A stretch of DNA of 32,000 bases from Alteribacter aurantiacus DSM 18675 (GTDB lineage Bacteria > Bacillota > Bacilli > Bacillales > Salisediminibacteriaceae), in contig NZ_AUCJ01000010.1 of assembly GCF_000429705.1 (NCBI RefSeq), forward strand, positions 2,006-34,005, read 5' to 3'. Positions 7,314 through 15,464 of the stretch are shown here, in pieces; the first letter of the stretch is position 1; the number at the start of each line of letters is the position of its first letter. A program made the translations under genes and the position numbers. Under the pieces are notes generated by a model. That model worked only from the letters and a program-made list of their open reading frames with translations. It did not search any database and was not told the DNA's origin.

Positions 7314-9095
7314 TTATTGTTCCTTCAAAATGAGAGATTCGTATGCTCCGACGGTTATGGACAGTTTTTCTTTCTTTACTTTTAGTGCTTCACCGTCTTT
7401 GAACATTGGTCGGAATGTTCCTTGGGCAAGTCCTTCGAGGGTCACTGTTTGCTCGTTGTCGTCTCCGTTTAGGATGACAATAAATCGGTTGGTGTCATCG
7501 GTTCGCTCATAGGCAACGGATTGTTCGCCTTTTTCAGCAGAAAGAAAGCGAAACGATCCGTCACGAAACGCGCGATAGTCTTTTCGAAGAGCGATCAATT
7601 GCTTATAGAAAGCAAACAGCTCTTTGTCCTGGCGATCTTCTTCCCACACCATTGGTTTGCGGCAATCCGGGTCGTTGCCCCCGTCCATCCCAATTTCATC
7701 TCCGTAGTAGATGCAAGGTGCACCGGTGTACGTAAGCTGGAACGTGGCGGCCAGCTTCATTCGTGCTTTATCTCCGTCCGCGATGGTTAGGAGGCGAGGG
7801 GTGTCATGGGAATCGAGCAAGTTGAACGCGACTTCGTTTGCTTGCTTTGGATAAGCGACTTGCATGGCGTCCAAACGTCCCATGAAGCTTTCAGCATCAA
7901 TCGTTTTCTTAGCGAAAAATTCAAGAATGCTGTTTGTGACCGGGTAGTTCATGACCGCATCGAACTGGTCACCACCAAGCCAAGCCATGGAATTGTGCCA
8001 AATTTCACCGAGAATGTACGCTTCAGGATTGGCTTTTTTCACCACATCACGGAAGTCGCGCCAAAATGCGTGGTCGATCTCATTTGCGACATCCAAACGC
8101 CAGCCGTCCACGCCGATATCTTCTACCCAATAACGGGCCACCTCAAGAAGGTACGCTCTTACTTCACGGTTTTCTGTGTTAAGCTTTGGCATGGATGCTA
8201 CGAATCCGAACGTGTCATAGTTTGGCAACGGTTCTGTTTTCACTTCGTTTTCACGAAGGTGGAACCACTTGGCAAAACGAGATTGGCGACCGTTTTTCAA
8301 CACATCTTGGAACGGTGGGAAGTAGTAGCCGCTATGGTTGAAGACCGCATCGAGCATAATTTTAATGCCACGCTTGTGGGCTTCATCTACTAAGCGCTTG
8401 GCCGTTTCGTTGTCTCCAAATTGAGGGTCGACCTTTAAATAGTCAATCGTATCGTATTTATGATTTGATTTCGCTTCAAAAAACGGTGTGAAATAAATAC
8501 ACGTAATCCCGAGGTCTTGAAGGTAGTCGAGGTTATCGATGACTCCTTGTAAGTCGCCGCCGAAAAAGTTGTCGCGGGTCGGAACGGCATCGGCATGCCA
8601 TTCTTCAACGCCCTCAGGATTCAATGATGCGTCCCCGTTGGCAAAACGTTCAGGGAAAATTTGATAAAAAACCGCATTTTTGACCCAAGCAGGAGGTGCA
8701 TTTACGTCTGCAGTATTCAAGAACGGAAACTCGAACATGCCTGACGGACTCTCAAGCATACCGATCCCGGATGTAGACTGGGCGCCTTCTTCTTGAAAAC
8801 CGACTTCATTGTAATAGAGCGTTTCTTTACCGCTCTCAAGTCGAAAGGCATAAGCGAAACGACGAAATTCAGGTTTCACAGCAGCTTCGTAATAATCAAA
8901 TAAACGGTCGCTCGCAAATTTGTTCATTTTCGTCGTCTGAATGTAGTCCTGAGTAAAGCGGTACTTGTCGCCGTGAATTAAAAACACATTGTCCATATCG
9001 TTTCTCTTCGTTCGAAGGCGGATATGAAGGGTCTCATGGTCGTACGCATACGCATAGTGCGACTTCGGTTGGTGAAGAATAGCCTCTAATAACAT
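7314..9095 (-). CDS. GH13 neopullulanase / cyclomaltodextrinase / maltogenic alpha-amylase
   Basis: ORF 7314-9098. All four GH13 conserved regions are present: DAVFNHSG, GWRLDVANE, GEIWH, LLDSHD. There is an N-terminal domain and no signal peptide, as in intracellular cyclomaltodextrinases. The ATG at 9095 lies 7 nt after AGGAGGG; position 9098 is a TTG. Confidence 0.9.
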   Translation of the reverse strand: MLLEAILHQPKSHYAYAYDHETLHIRLRTKRNDMDNVFLIHGDKYRFTQDYIQTTKMNKFASDRLFDYYEAAVKPEFRRFAYAFRLESGKETLYYNEVGFQEEGAQSTSGIGMLESPSGMFEFPFLNTADVNAPPAWVKNAVFYQIFPERFANGDASLNPEGVEEWHADAVPTRDNFFGGDLQGVIDNLDYLQDLGITCIYFTPFFEAKSNHKYDTIDYLKVDPQFGDNETAKRLVDEAHKRGIKIMLDAVFNHSGYYFPPFQDVLKNGRQSRFAKWFHLRENEVKTEPLPNYDTFGFVASMPKLNTENREVRAYLLEVARYWVEDIGVDGWRLDVANEIDHAFWRDFRDVVKKANPEAYILGEIWHNSMAWLGGDQFDAVMNYPVTNSILEFFAKKTIDAESFMGRLDAMQVAYPKQANEVAFNLLDSHDTPRLLTIADGDKARMKLAATFQLTYTGAPCIYYGDEIGMDGGNDPDCRKPMVWEEDRQDKELFAFYKQLIALRKDYRAFRDGSFRFLSAEKGEQSVAYERTDDTNRFIVILNGDDNEQTVTLEGLAQGTFRPMFKDGEALKVKKEKLSITVGAYESLILKEQ

Positions 9096-9130
9096 CAATA
9101 GTCCCTCCTGCTAATTCCATAATTTCACAC

Positions 9131-9158
9131 AAAATTGTGCGGGGTCAGACCCCTGTGG
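9131..9158. repeat. REP-like palindrome, half-degenerate copy
   Basis: AAAATTGTGCGGGG-TCAGA-CCCCTGTGG: canonical left arm, diverged right arm. Confidence 0.7.
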
Positions 9159-9214
9159 TACCGGTGGATATACAATGATAAAATAGTACTTTACATATTG
9201 AGTAAAAGTGAGTA

Positions 9215-9229
9215 ATGCAAGCGTTTGCA
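9215..9229. promoter_or_regulatory. cre-like / LacI-family operator palindrome in a divergent promoter region
   Basis: ATGCAAGCGTTTGCA fits the published cre consensus WTGNAANCGNWNNCW at every defined position. It lies between the divergent amylase and mannose-6-P isomerase genes. Confidence 0.55.
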
Positions 9230-9331
9230 CAAGCACTTCACAAACGCTCTACTTTTTGACATTTTCAGTATAGCACGACCGTGAAAGCGTGTCCATTTCA
9301 GATTGGACAGGCCATATAAGGAGGAATAACG

Positions 9332-10285
9332 ATGAACAACATCTTATTATTTGAACCCGTGTTAAAAGAAAAAATATGGGGCGGGAAGAAGCTTGCCGAA
9401 CAGTTCGGATACGACACGCCGTCCAGCCGCACAGGAGAGTGCTGGGGGATATCTGGGCATGAAAACGGCACAAACGTTGTGGTAAACGGTCCCCACCAAG
9501 GCCAAACCTTGCGCGATCTGTGGAATAACCACCGTGACCTATTCAACAACGAACCAGGAGACGAGTTCCCCCTACTCGTAAAAATCATCGATGCCCAAGA
9601 TGACTTGAGCGTCCAAGTCCACCCGGATGACACTTATGCAAAAGAGCATGAAGGCTATGCATTCGGAAAATCAGAATGCTGGTACATTCTCGATCACGAA
9701 CCGGACGCTCGACTTATCCTCGGCCATAATGCAAAGAACCGCGACGAACTCCGTGGAATGGTCGACAATGGGGAGTGGGATCGCCTCTTTCGGGAAGTTC
9801 CAGTGAAGAAGGGGGACTTCTACTACGTACCAAGTGGGACCGTGCACGCCATCGGAAAGGGAATCGTCATTCTGGAAATTCAACAAAGCTCCGATATTAC
9901 GTACCGTTTTTACGACTACGACCGAACAGACGATGCAGGAAACACACGGGACTTGCATATCGCCGATTCCATCGCCTGTTCCATGGTGCCCCACAAAGAC
10001 GCGCGCTCGGATCAAAAGGAATGGACCGAACAAGATCTCACGGTTACACGTTTCATTGAAGAAAACTATTTCACAGTCTACCACTGGACACTAAACGGAA
10101 CAGTGACCCGTGACGTGAACGAATACATGCTCGTAAGCGTCGTCGATGGAGAAGGGCAGATCACAATCGGAAACCATACCCATCAGCTTGAAAAAGGAAG
10201 CCATTTTATCATCCCGTCAACCGCAGATCGCTATGAACTCAACGGCAACATGACCCTCATGGCTGCCCATACAACAAGTTCGTAA
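9332..10285 (+). CDS. manA: Mannose-6-phosphate isomerase, class I
   Basis: Full ORF with AAGGAGGA 6 nt upstream. The N-terminus FEPVLKEKIWGG, QVHPDD and YVPSGTVHAIG (cupin metal site) are typical of the Bacillus-type ~315-aa ManA/Pmi. Confidence 0.9.
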   Translation: MNNILLFEPVLKEKIWGGKKLAEQFGYDTPSSRTGECWGISGHENGTNVVVNGPHQGQTLRDLWNNHRDLFNNEPGDEFPLLVKIIDAQDDLSVQVHPDDTYAKEHEGYAFGKSECWYILDHEPDARLILGHNAKNRDELRGMVDNGEWDRLFREVPVKKGDFYYVPSGTVHAIGKGIVILEIQQSSDITYRFYDYDRTDDAGNTRDLHIADSIACSMVPHKDARSDQKEWTEQDLTVTRFIEENYFTVYHWTLNGTVTRDVNEYMLVSVVDGEGQITIGNHTHQLEKGSHFIIPSTADRYELNGNMTLMAAHTTSS

Positions 10286-10352
10286 GGGTAAAAAAAGCCG
10301 AGAGACGCATGAACGCATGATCATCAGGGCTCACGCCATCAATCAAACAAAG

Positions 10353-10404
10353 AACCCCTCCATTTTTCAGGTATATGATCCTGACCGAAGGAGGGGTTGT
10401 TTTA
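10353..10404. terminator. Stem-loop between convergent genes (probable bidirectional terminator)
   Basis: AACCCCTCC (10353-10361) pairs with GGAGGGGTT (10390-10398). The 28-nt loop contains its own small TCAGG/CCTGA stem. The T-tail GTTTTA is weak. Confidence 0.5.
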
Positions 10405-10411
10405 GATGGGG

Positions 10412-10696
10412 TTAATAGTGTGAAGGACGTTGGTGGGACATTTCCAAGAAGGAGCGGAGGATGACTTCGTCTGAGTTGATGTTTTCGATGTGCTTCGCTT
10501 CCACGCTTCGTTTAAACTCGAGGATGTCTTCTTGAAGAAAAGCCATCTGTTCTATGGCCTCACCCATTCCTTTGTTTAAGAAGGTGAGGTCTTCTTTTTT
10601 TACCATGGCACGCTCTATGTGAGCGAGTTTATGAAGGACGGATTTGAGTAAGTCCATTTCTGTAACGGTTGAGGACGATTTTAAGGCGGTTGTCAT
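10412..10696 (-). CDS. Hypothetical 94-aa predicted-helical protein, translationally coupled to the ssb-like gene
   Basis: Its ATG overlaps the stop of the upstream SSB gene as ATGA (10693-10696). AGGTG lies 7 nt upstream. The heptad-like charged sequence suggests a coiled coil or helical bundle. I recognise no family. Confidence 0.6.
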   Translation of the reverse strand: MTTALKSSSTVTEMDLLKSVLHKLAHIERAMVKKEDLTFLNKGMGEAIEQMAFLQEDILEFKRSVEAKHIENINSDEVILRSFLEMSHQRPSHY

Positions 10697-11055
10697 TGTT
10701 CGGCACCTGCTTCCTGTAAAGTGGAGGATTCTGTTTTTTTAAGTTGAAGGAATTGGACGTCTTCTGCGATCATGTCCATTCTGAAAATCCGTTTGTTATC
10801 ACTGTTTTCGTATACTTTTGACTGCAATCGGCCCGAAACTGCGACCATCGATCCTTTGCCGCAATGTTCGGCTATCTTTTCTGCATTGTTTCGAAAGATC
10901 GTGCACGGAATAAAATCGGCGTCGTAGTTGCCGCTTTGGTTTTTGTAGCTCCTCTTCACAGCTAGTGAAAATCTTGATAGTGGCACACCATCCTTTGTGT
11001 AGACAAGTTCGGGGTCTTTAACGATTCGTCCGATTAAATTTACTTGGTTCAACAT
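10693..11055 (-). CDS. Single-stranded DNA-binding protein, short SsbB-like form without an acidic C-terminal tip
   Basis: OB-fold SSB signature: MLNQVNLIGRIVKDPELVYTKDG...AVKRSYKNQSG...DFIPCTIF...GSMVAVSGRLQSKVYE. The protein is 120 aa and ends ...LQEAGAEQ, with no DDDxPF-type tail. GGAG follows directly after the upstream stop. Confidence 0.85.
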   Translation of the reverse strand: MLNQVNLIGRIVKDPELVYTKDGVPLSRFSLAVKRSYKNQSGNYDADFIPCTIFRNNAEKIAEHCGKGSMVAVSGRLQSKVYENSDNKRIFRMDMIAEDVQFLQLKKTESSTLQEAGAEQ

Positions 11056-11070
11056 GGGGAATCACGCTCC

Positions 11071-11730
11071 TTAGTTTTGAAAAGCTTCTTTTAACAAACA
11101 AGACAATTTCCATTCGCGCTCGACATACGTCTGGTAATGAATATGACTTGGCACCGGAAACAGGGACGTGAGTTTTTCGGTTGAAAGTGACAATGGTGCA
11201 GGAGGGGATGGGTGTTGATCTAAAAATGTTACAGATGTTTCTCTTGTTAGTGAGTGTGCTTTTTGGCGAGTTGTTTCGAGTTTTACTTGTGATTGAATGT
11301 AGTGATAATAACTACTCCAAGGATAGTCTTCCGGATTTTTTACCATACCCGCCGCTCGCGGATTGTTATGGATGTAAGCACTCGTCTTCATTAAGGCGTG
11401 TGATGACGGGACCGGAGTTGAATAGTAGCGGTCTTGAAACAGATGACCTTTTAAGTCGTACTTTTTATTGATGTATCTGGCGTACATGGAGTTGAGCGGC
11501 TGCATCACCTTATGAGGTGGATCGCTTTTTGTTCCGATCAAGAGATGGACATGGTTGGTCATCAAGCAGAAAGCATGAAGATGAAAAGTTGAATAATGAT
11601 AAGCATCATCGAGCAGTGAAACATACTTGAAGTAATCTTTTCGTTCAAAAAACAAGTTACTTCGGTGGTTTCCGCGGCAAGTAATGTGGTAGATGGCACC
11701 AGGAAACCACTGGCGGGGTTTTCGAGCCAT
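11071..11730 (-). CDS. IS200-like Y1 HUH transposase-family protein (RAYT-type, COG1943-like), 219 aa
   Basis: N-terminal YHITCRGN, an HUH motif H60-V61-H62 (MTNHVHLLIG), and a catalytic-Tyr helix S-A-Y119-IHNNPRAAGMV. GGAG lies 8 nt upstream of the ATG. There is no tnpB and there are no IS ends. Confidence 0.8.
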   Translation of the reverse strand: MARKPRQWFPGAIYHITCRGNHRSNLFFERKDYFKYVSLLDDAYHYSTFHLHAFCLMTNHVHLLIGTKSDPPHKVMQPLNSMYARYINKKYDLKGHLFQDRYYSTPVPSSHALMKTSAYIHNNPRAAGMVKNPEDYPWSSYYHYIQSQVKLETTRQKAHSLTRETSVTFLDQHPSPPAPLSLSTEKLTSLFPVPSHIHYQTYVEREWKLSCLLKEAFQN

Positions 11731-11816
11731 ATAGGTAGCTCCTTTAGTGGAAATTTCAATTTTTTGGGGAGAGTGAGTGGTCGAACGATCCTCCTTTACT
11801 TAAAGCATTTTTTTGC

Positions 11817-11854
11817 CGTACGTGAAGTTTGCCCTAGGGGATACTTCACGTACG
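11817..11854. repeat. Perfect 12-bp stem hairpin upstream of the RAYT-like gene
   Basis: CGTACGTGAAGT (11817-11828) pairs with ACTTCACGTACG (11843-11854). The 14-nt loop contains the palindrome CCCTAGGG. The hairpin lies about 90 nt upstream of the RAYT-like start codon. Confidence 0.6.
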
Positions 11855-12310
11855 ACCGGGTGAAACGTGACGTTTGTGACGAAACAGCAAAATCCTGTGG
11901 TGCTAAAAAAATCCGCAGCAAATATGAGAAATTGGCCAAAAAAAGGTGCGCAAACTAGAGATTGGCGCGAAGATGTTCTATTCTGTTAAAACGATTTGAC
12001 CAATTTCGTGCGGAGAGTGTGTTCTCATTGCACAAGTTTGCCGTTTTAAAACGAAAGGGCAAGCCTCGTCAAGGTGGTGGCGAGGGTGCAATAAGCGTTT
12101 CAGTATCATTTGAGGGTGACGAGGATTACCCTTCTATGAATACTGGTGAAAGAGGATTGGCCCGATGTGAGATATCGTTCTACAAAGTGAACAACTCGGG
12201 ATCTTTAGAGGAGAAAAGACGTGAAATGGTGTCTCTTCTTGATTTCCATTTTATTCAATAATTCGGACAATTTCAAGCACTAATTTACAAAATATACAAA
12301 AATAATCCAT

Positions 12311-12343
12311 AAAAATTGTGCGGGGACAGACCCCGCACAATTT
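12311..12343. repeat. REP-like palindrome, perfect copy, doubling as the asnB terminator
   Basis: AAATTGTGCGGGG-ACAGA-CCCCGCACAATTT has 13-nt perfect arms at 12313-12343. It overlaps the asnB stop codon (12342-12344) by 2 nt. On the minus strand the hairpin is followed by TTTTTA. Confidence 0.85.
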
Positions 12344-14237
12344 AGATGATGTCTTCGATGTTGATGGTGCTCTGTTGGTGACGTTCGGTTTGGGTTGCTT
12401 GTTTGTGCCAAAGCATGAATGTGAGCAGCGTCCATATTTTTCTTGAATGGTCGTACTTGCCTACTCGGTGTTCTTCTAATAGAAGAAGAGCGGATTGGCT
12501 ATTGAACAATGTGTCTGATGCCGGGCTTGTTAGTAGAATGTTTCGTGCCCATTCGTACAACTCGTCTTTTAACCAGACTCGGATTGGCACAGGGAATCCC
12601 AGCTTCTTTCGCTCGACAACGTGTGAAGGTACCACGTCAGCCAAGGCTTCTCGCAACCATACTTTTGTTTGAGTCCCTTGGATCTTTCCGATTGACGGGA
12701 GGGTGGAGGCTACATCAAACACGTTTTTGTCGAGAAATGGCACGCGAAGCTCTAAGGAGTGTGCCATCGTCATCTTGTCGGCTTTTGCTAGAATATCGCC
12801 TCTTAGCCATGTGTTCATATCCACATACTGCATCGTTGTGATTGGATCCCAACCTTTTTGTTTGGCGTACTCGTACAACGGAGCTGTAAAGTCGTGCGCC
12901 GTCACACCGCTATGTTCGTTAAGGTAGGCTTCTGTTTCTTCAGGGTTGAAGATACGTGCGTTCCCTACGAATCGTTTCTCAATTGGCGTTGAGCCTCTTA
13001 ACAGAAAGCTTCTCCCTTTCACCCCGTGAGGCAGTTTCTGTGCGAAGGTGTGGATCTTCTTCTTCGCTTCCTCAGGTAAAAAGTCAAACAAACGCAAGGA
13101 GCCGGGCTCTCTGTAAATGTTATATCCCCCGAAAAGTTCATCTGCTCCTTCACCTGATAAGACGACTTTCGAATGTTTACTAGCTTCTTTTGCCACAAAA
13201 TAAAGGGGAATCGCTGCTGGGTCGGCAACGGGCTCGTCCATGTGCCAGATAATTTTGGGCAGTTCTTTCATGACTTGTTCCGCTGTGATGGTCACGACGG
13301 TGTGGTCTAGGTCGAGATGCTCGGCGGTTTGTCTGGCTACGTCCGCTTCACTGTAGCGTGCGTCGTTAAATTCAACGGTGAACGACTTTACGTCCGGCTT
13401 CATTTGTTTGACGAGAGCCGTGATCGCGGTGGAGTCGATTCCTCCTGACAAGAAGGTGGAAACCGGTACTTCGCTACGCAGGTGAAAGGCGACGGACTCT
13501 TCGATCGTCTCTCGTATTAATGACAATGCTTCTTTTTTCGGTTGAGCGGTCGGTTGAAAATCGAGCTGAGTGAACCTTTTCATGGTTACTTTGCCTGTCT
13601 TCAACTTGGCTTCAATGATATGCCCCGGTGGAACCTTTGTAATGTCGTGATAGCTCGTGAGCGGTTCCGGAACATATTGAAAGGTTAAGTAAGCTGGTAA
13701 TACTTCTTTATTTATGGACATAGGTCCCTTCAAGTTTGCGTAAATGAGACTTTTCTTCTCGGATGCAAAAAGAACGGCGTCATCGTCTTTCTTCATATAT
13801 AACGGTTTGATGCCAAAAGGGTCCCGTGCACCGGTGAGGGTGCTTGTGTTTTTGTCCCAAATCAAAAAGGCGAACATCCCGCGAAAACGGGAGAAGCTTT
13901 TTTTGCCTTCGTGTATGTACGAAGCGAGAATGACCTCTGTGTCAGAGGTGGTGTTGAAGGTGACGCCTCTTTTTTTCAAGCGGTCCCTCAATTCGGGTGC
14001 GTTGTAGATTTCACCATTAAACACGATGGTGTAACGGTCTCCCTCATATTGCATCGGTTGGTGGCCGTGCTCAAGGTCAATAATGCTTAAGCGTCGGAAT
14101 CCGAAACGCACTCCTGTATTTGTGAAAAAGCCACTGTCGTCTGGTCCCCGGTGAGTAATTACGTTGGTCATTTTATCGAGTGGGTATCGTTTTAATCGGT
14201 CTTGATTGGTTGAGATTATTGCTGTAAATCCGCACAT
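12342..14237 (-). CDS. asnB: Asparagine synthetase (glutamine-hydrolysing)
   Basis: MCGF N-terminus (Cys2 nucleophile of class II amidotransferases), PP-loop SGGIDST, 631 aa. Confidence 0.9.
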   Translation of the reverse strand: MCGFTAIISTNQDRLKRYPLDKMTNVITHRGPDDSGFFTNTGVRFGFRRLSIIDLEHGHQPMQYEGDRYTIVFNGEIYNAPELRDRLKKRGVTFNTTSDTEVILASYIHEGKKSFSRFRGMFAFLIWDKNTSTLTGARDPFGIKPLYMKKDDDAVLFASEKKSLIYANLKGPMSINKEVLPAYLTFQYVPEPLTSYHDITKVPPGHIIEAKLKTGKVTMKRFTQLDFQPTAQPKKEALSLIRETIEESVAFHLRSEVPVSTFLSGGIDSTAITALVKQMKPDVKSFTVEFNDARYSEADVARQTAEHLDLDHTVVTITAEQVMKELPKIIWHMDEPVADPAAIPLYFVAKEASKHSKVVLSGEGADELFGGYNIYREPGSLRLFDFLPEEAKKKIHTFAQKLPHGVKGRSFLLRGSTPIEKRFVGNARIFNPEETEAYLNEHSGVTAHDFTAPLYEYAKQKGWDPITTMQYVDMNTWLRGDILAKADKMTMAHSLELRVPFLDKNVFDVASTLPSIGKIQGTQTKVWLREALADVVPSHVVERKKLGFPVPIRVWLKDELYEWARNILLTSPASDTLFNSQSALLLLEEHRVGKYDHSRKIWTLLTFMLWHKQATQTERHQQSTINIEDII

Positions 14238-14467
14238 AATTGTGTGAACACTCCTTTAATTTCTGTGTCACCTATGCGACTTTTGTCGAGCAGGTGAATG
14301 TTTCGTGTAACTATGTAACTTAAGAATACATGGAAAAAGTTTCATCAGGTGAATATTTTTACAAAAATGTCATATATATTGAATAAACCACACACGATAT
14401 ATGGTGTGTGAAAATAGCTTCGATTACCCAAAAACAACCAGGTCAAACCGCCTAGGACAATATGTCA

Positions 14468-14498
14468 CAATATTGTGCGGGGTCAGACCCCTTTGTCG
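14468..14498. repeat. REP-like palindrome, half-degenerate copy
   Basis: ACAATATTGTGCGGGG-TCAGA-CCCCTTTGTCG: canonical left arm, diverged right arm. Confidence 0.7.
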
Positions 14499-14518
14499 AA
14501 ATTAGGCGTTCGAAAGAA

Positions 14519-14547
14519 TTTGACTGAGGTTTTGGGCGTTGCTATAT
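14519..14547 (+). promoter_or_regulatory. SigA-type promoter of the cold-shock gene
   Basis: TTGACT (14519-14524), a 17-nt spacer, then TATATT (14542-14547). This leaves a leader of roughly 50 nt before the ATG at 14602. Confidence 0.6.
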
Positions 14548-14601
14548 TATAAGTGTGGTCAAGCCACAAGATTTTTAATACGAAGGGAATGTGTTAGAAA
14601 C

Positions 14602-14799
14602 ATGCAAGGAAAAGTGAAATGGTTCAACGCTGAAAAAGGTTTTGGTTTTATCGAGCGCGAAGGTGGAGACGACGTATTCGTTCACTTCTCTGCGATCGAA
14701 CAAGATGGGTTCAAATCTCTTGAAGAAGGTCAAGACGTTGAATTCGAAATCGTAGAAGGTGCTCGTGGCCCGCAAGCGGCGAACGTAACCAAACTGTAA
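14602..14799 (+). CDS. Cold-shock protein (CspA family, CspD-like)
   Basis: [32 protein letters not shown]... carries the RNP1 (KGFGFI) and RNP2 (VFVHF) motifs and is 65 aa. The ORF-track start at 14539 is an upstream extension. Confidence 0.92.
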   Translation: MQGKVKWFNAEKGFGFIEREGGDDVFVHFSAIEQDGFKSLEEGQDVEFEIVEGARGPQAANVTKL

Positions 14800-14884
14800 T
14801 GCTTCGCACTTCCCTGAAATAGAACGTGCATCAAATCATATGATTTTGTTTACGTCAGTAAGGGGTAAAATGTAAGCGAACACA

Positions 14885-14925
14885 ATCCCGTCATGAAGCC
14901 TAAACGCTTTGTGGCGGGATTTTTC
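14885..14925 (+). terminator. Probable terminator of the csp gene
   Basis: ATCCCG (14885-14890) pairs with CGGGAT (14915-14920) and is followed by TTTTT. The loop is long, which lowers confidence. Confidence 0.5.
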
Positions 14926-14967
14926 TGTGTCCATAAAAGTGTCTTTCACAGAAATACATATGTTCAC

Positions 14968-15000
14968 AAAATTGTGCGGGGTCAGACCCCGCACAATTTT
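14968..15000. repeat. REP-like palindrome, perfect 33-nt copy
   Basis: AAAATTGTGCGGGG-TCAGA-CCCCGCACAATTTT has 14-nt perfect arms flanked by A4 and T4. Confidence 0.85.
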
Positions 15001-15464
15001 GTTAGATTGATGAATAATAAGTTGAGAGGTGAGGCGGGGAGTGGGGTGTCCACTCTCGCCCCTCTTTTCTTATTCCCTTATTTGTAGTACGTGATGACAT
15101 ATTTGAGGGAGGCGAAAGCGTTCGAACAGCTTGGGCGTTGCGCGTTGCCGTCTTAAAGAAGTTTGAAGATCGGGTGTTTAACTTCTCTTCTGAAGAGGTA
15201 AAGTCACTGTACTCTTTCTCCATTGATTCCGTCATTGCTAGATCGAACCAATGGACCTTTAACGTTATGAGAGAAAGAGCGTTTACGAACGGTTGAGGTA
15301 ATCGAGGTCGCTTGGGCAATTGACGTATTCATGACCTGATTGTAAGTACAAATGAAATCCGACGGAGTTTGACAAAAAGTTTTATATTTTTTCTGTCACT
15401 TTAGAAGGATATTGAATCGGGGATGAAGAATATTACACACATAACCGAAAGGAGGAGTTTGCTT

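Noticed and set aside
12055-12095. AAGGTGGTGGCGAGG resembles the T-box motif AGGGTGGNACCGCG
   Set aside because: It mismatches at several invariant positions, has no specifier or antiterminator architecture, and has no downstream gene on that strand (asnB is antisense).
11665-12261. + strand ORFs 11665-11958 (97 aa) and 11962-12261 (99 aa)
   Set aside because: The first starts antisense inside the RAYT-like gene. The second begins at a TTG with no SD, and its first ATG is 57 codons in. I recognised no motif, so I treat the stretch as non-coding leader (see finding).
15002-15319. 105-aa minus-strand ORF between csp and hpf
   Set aside because: It has no RBS, an atypical Pro/Ser/Arg/Thr-rich composition, and reads through a terminator-like hairpin. 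It is kept only as part of a low-interest finding.
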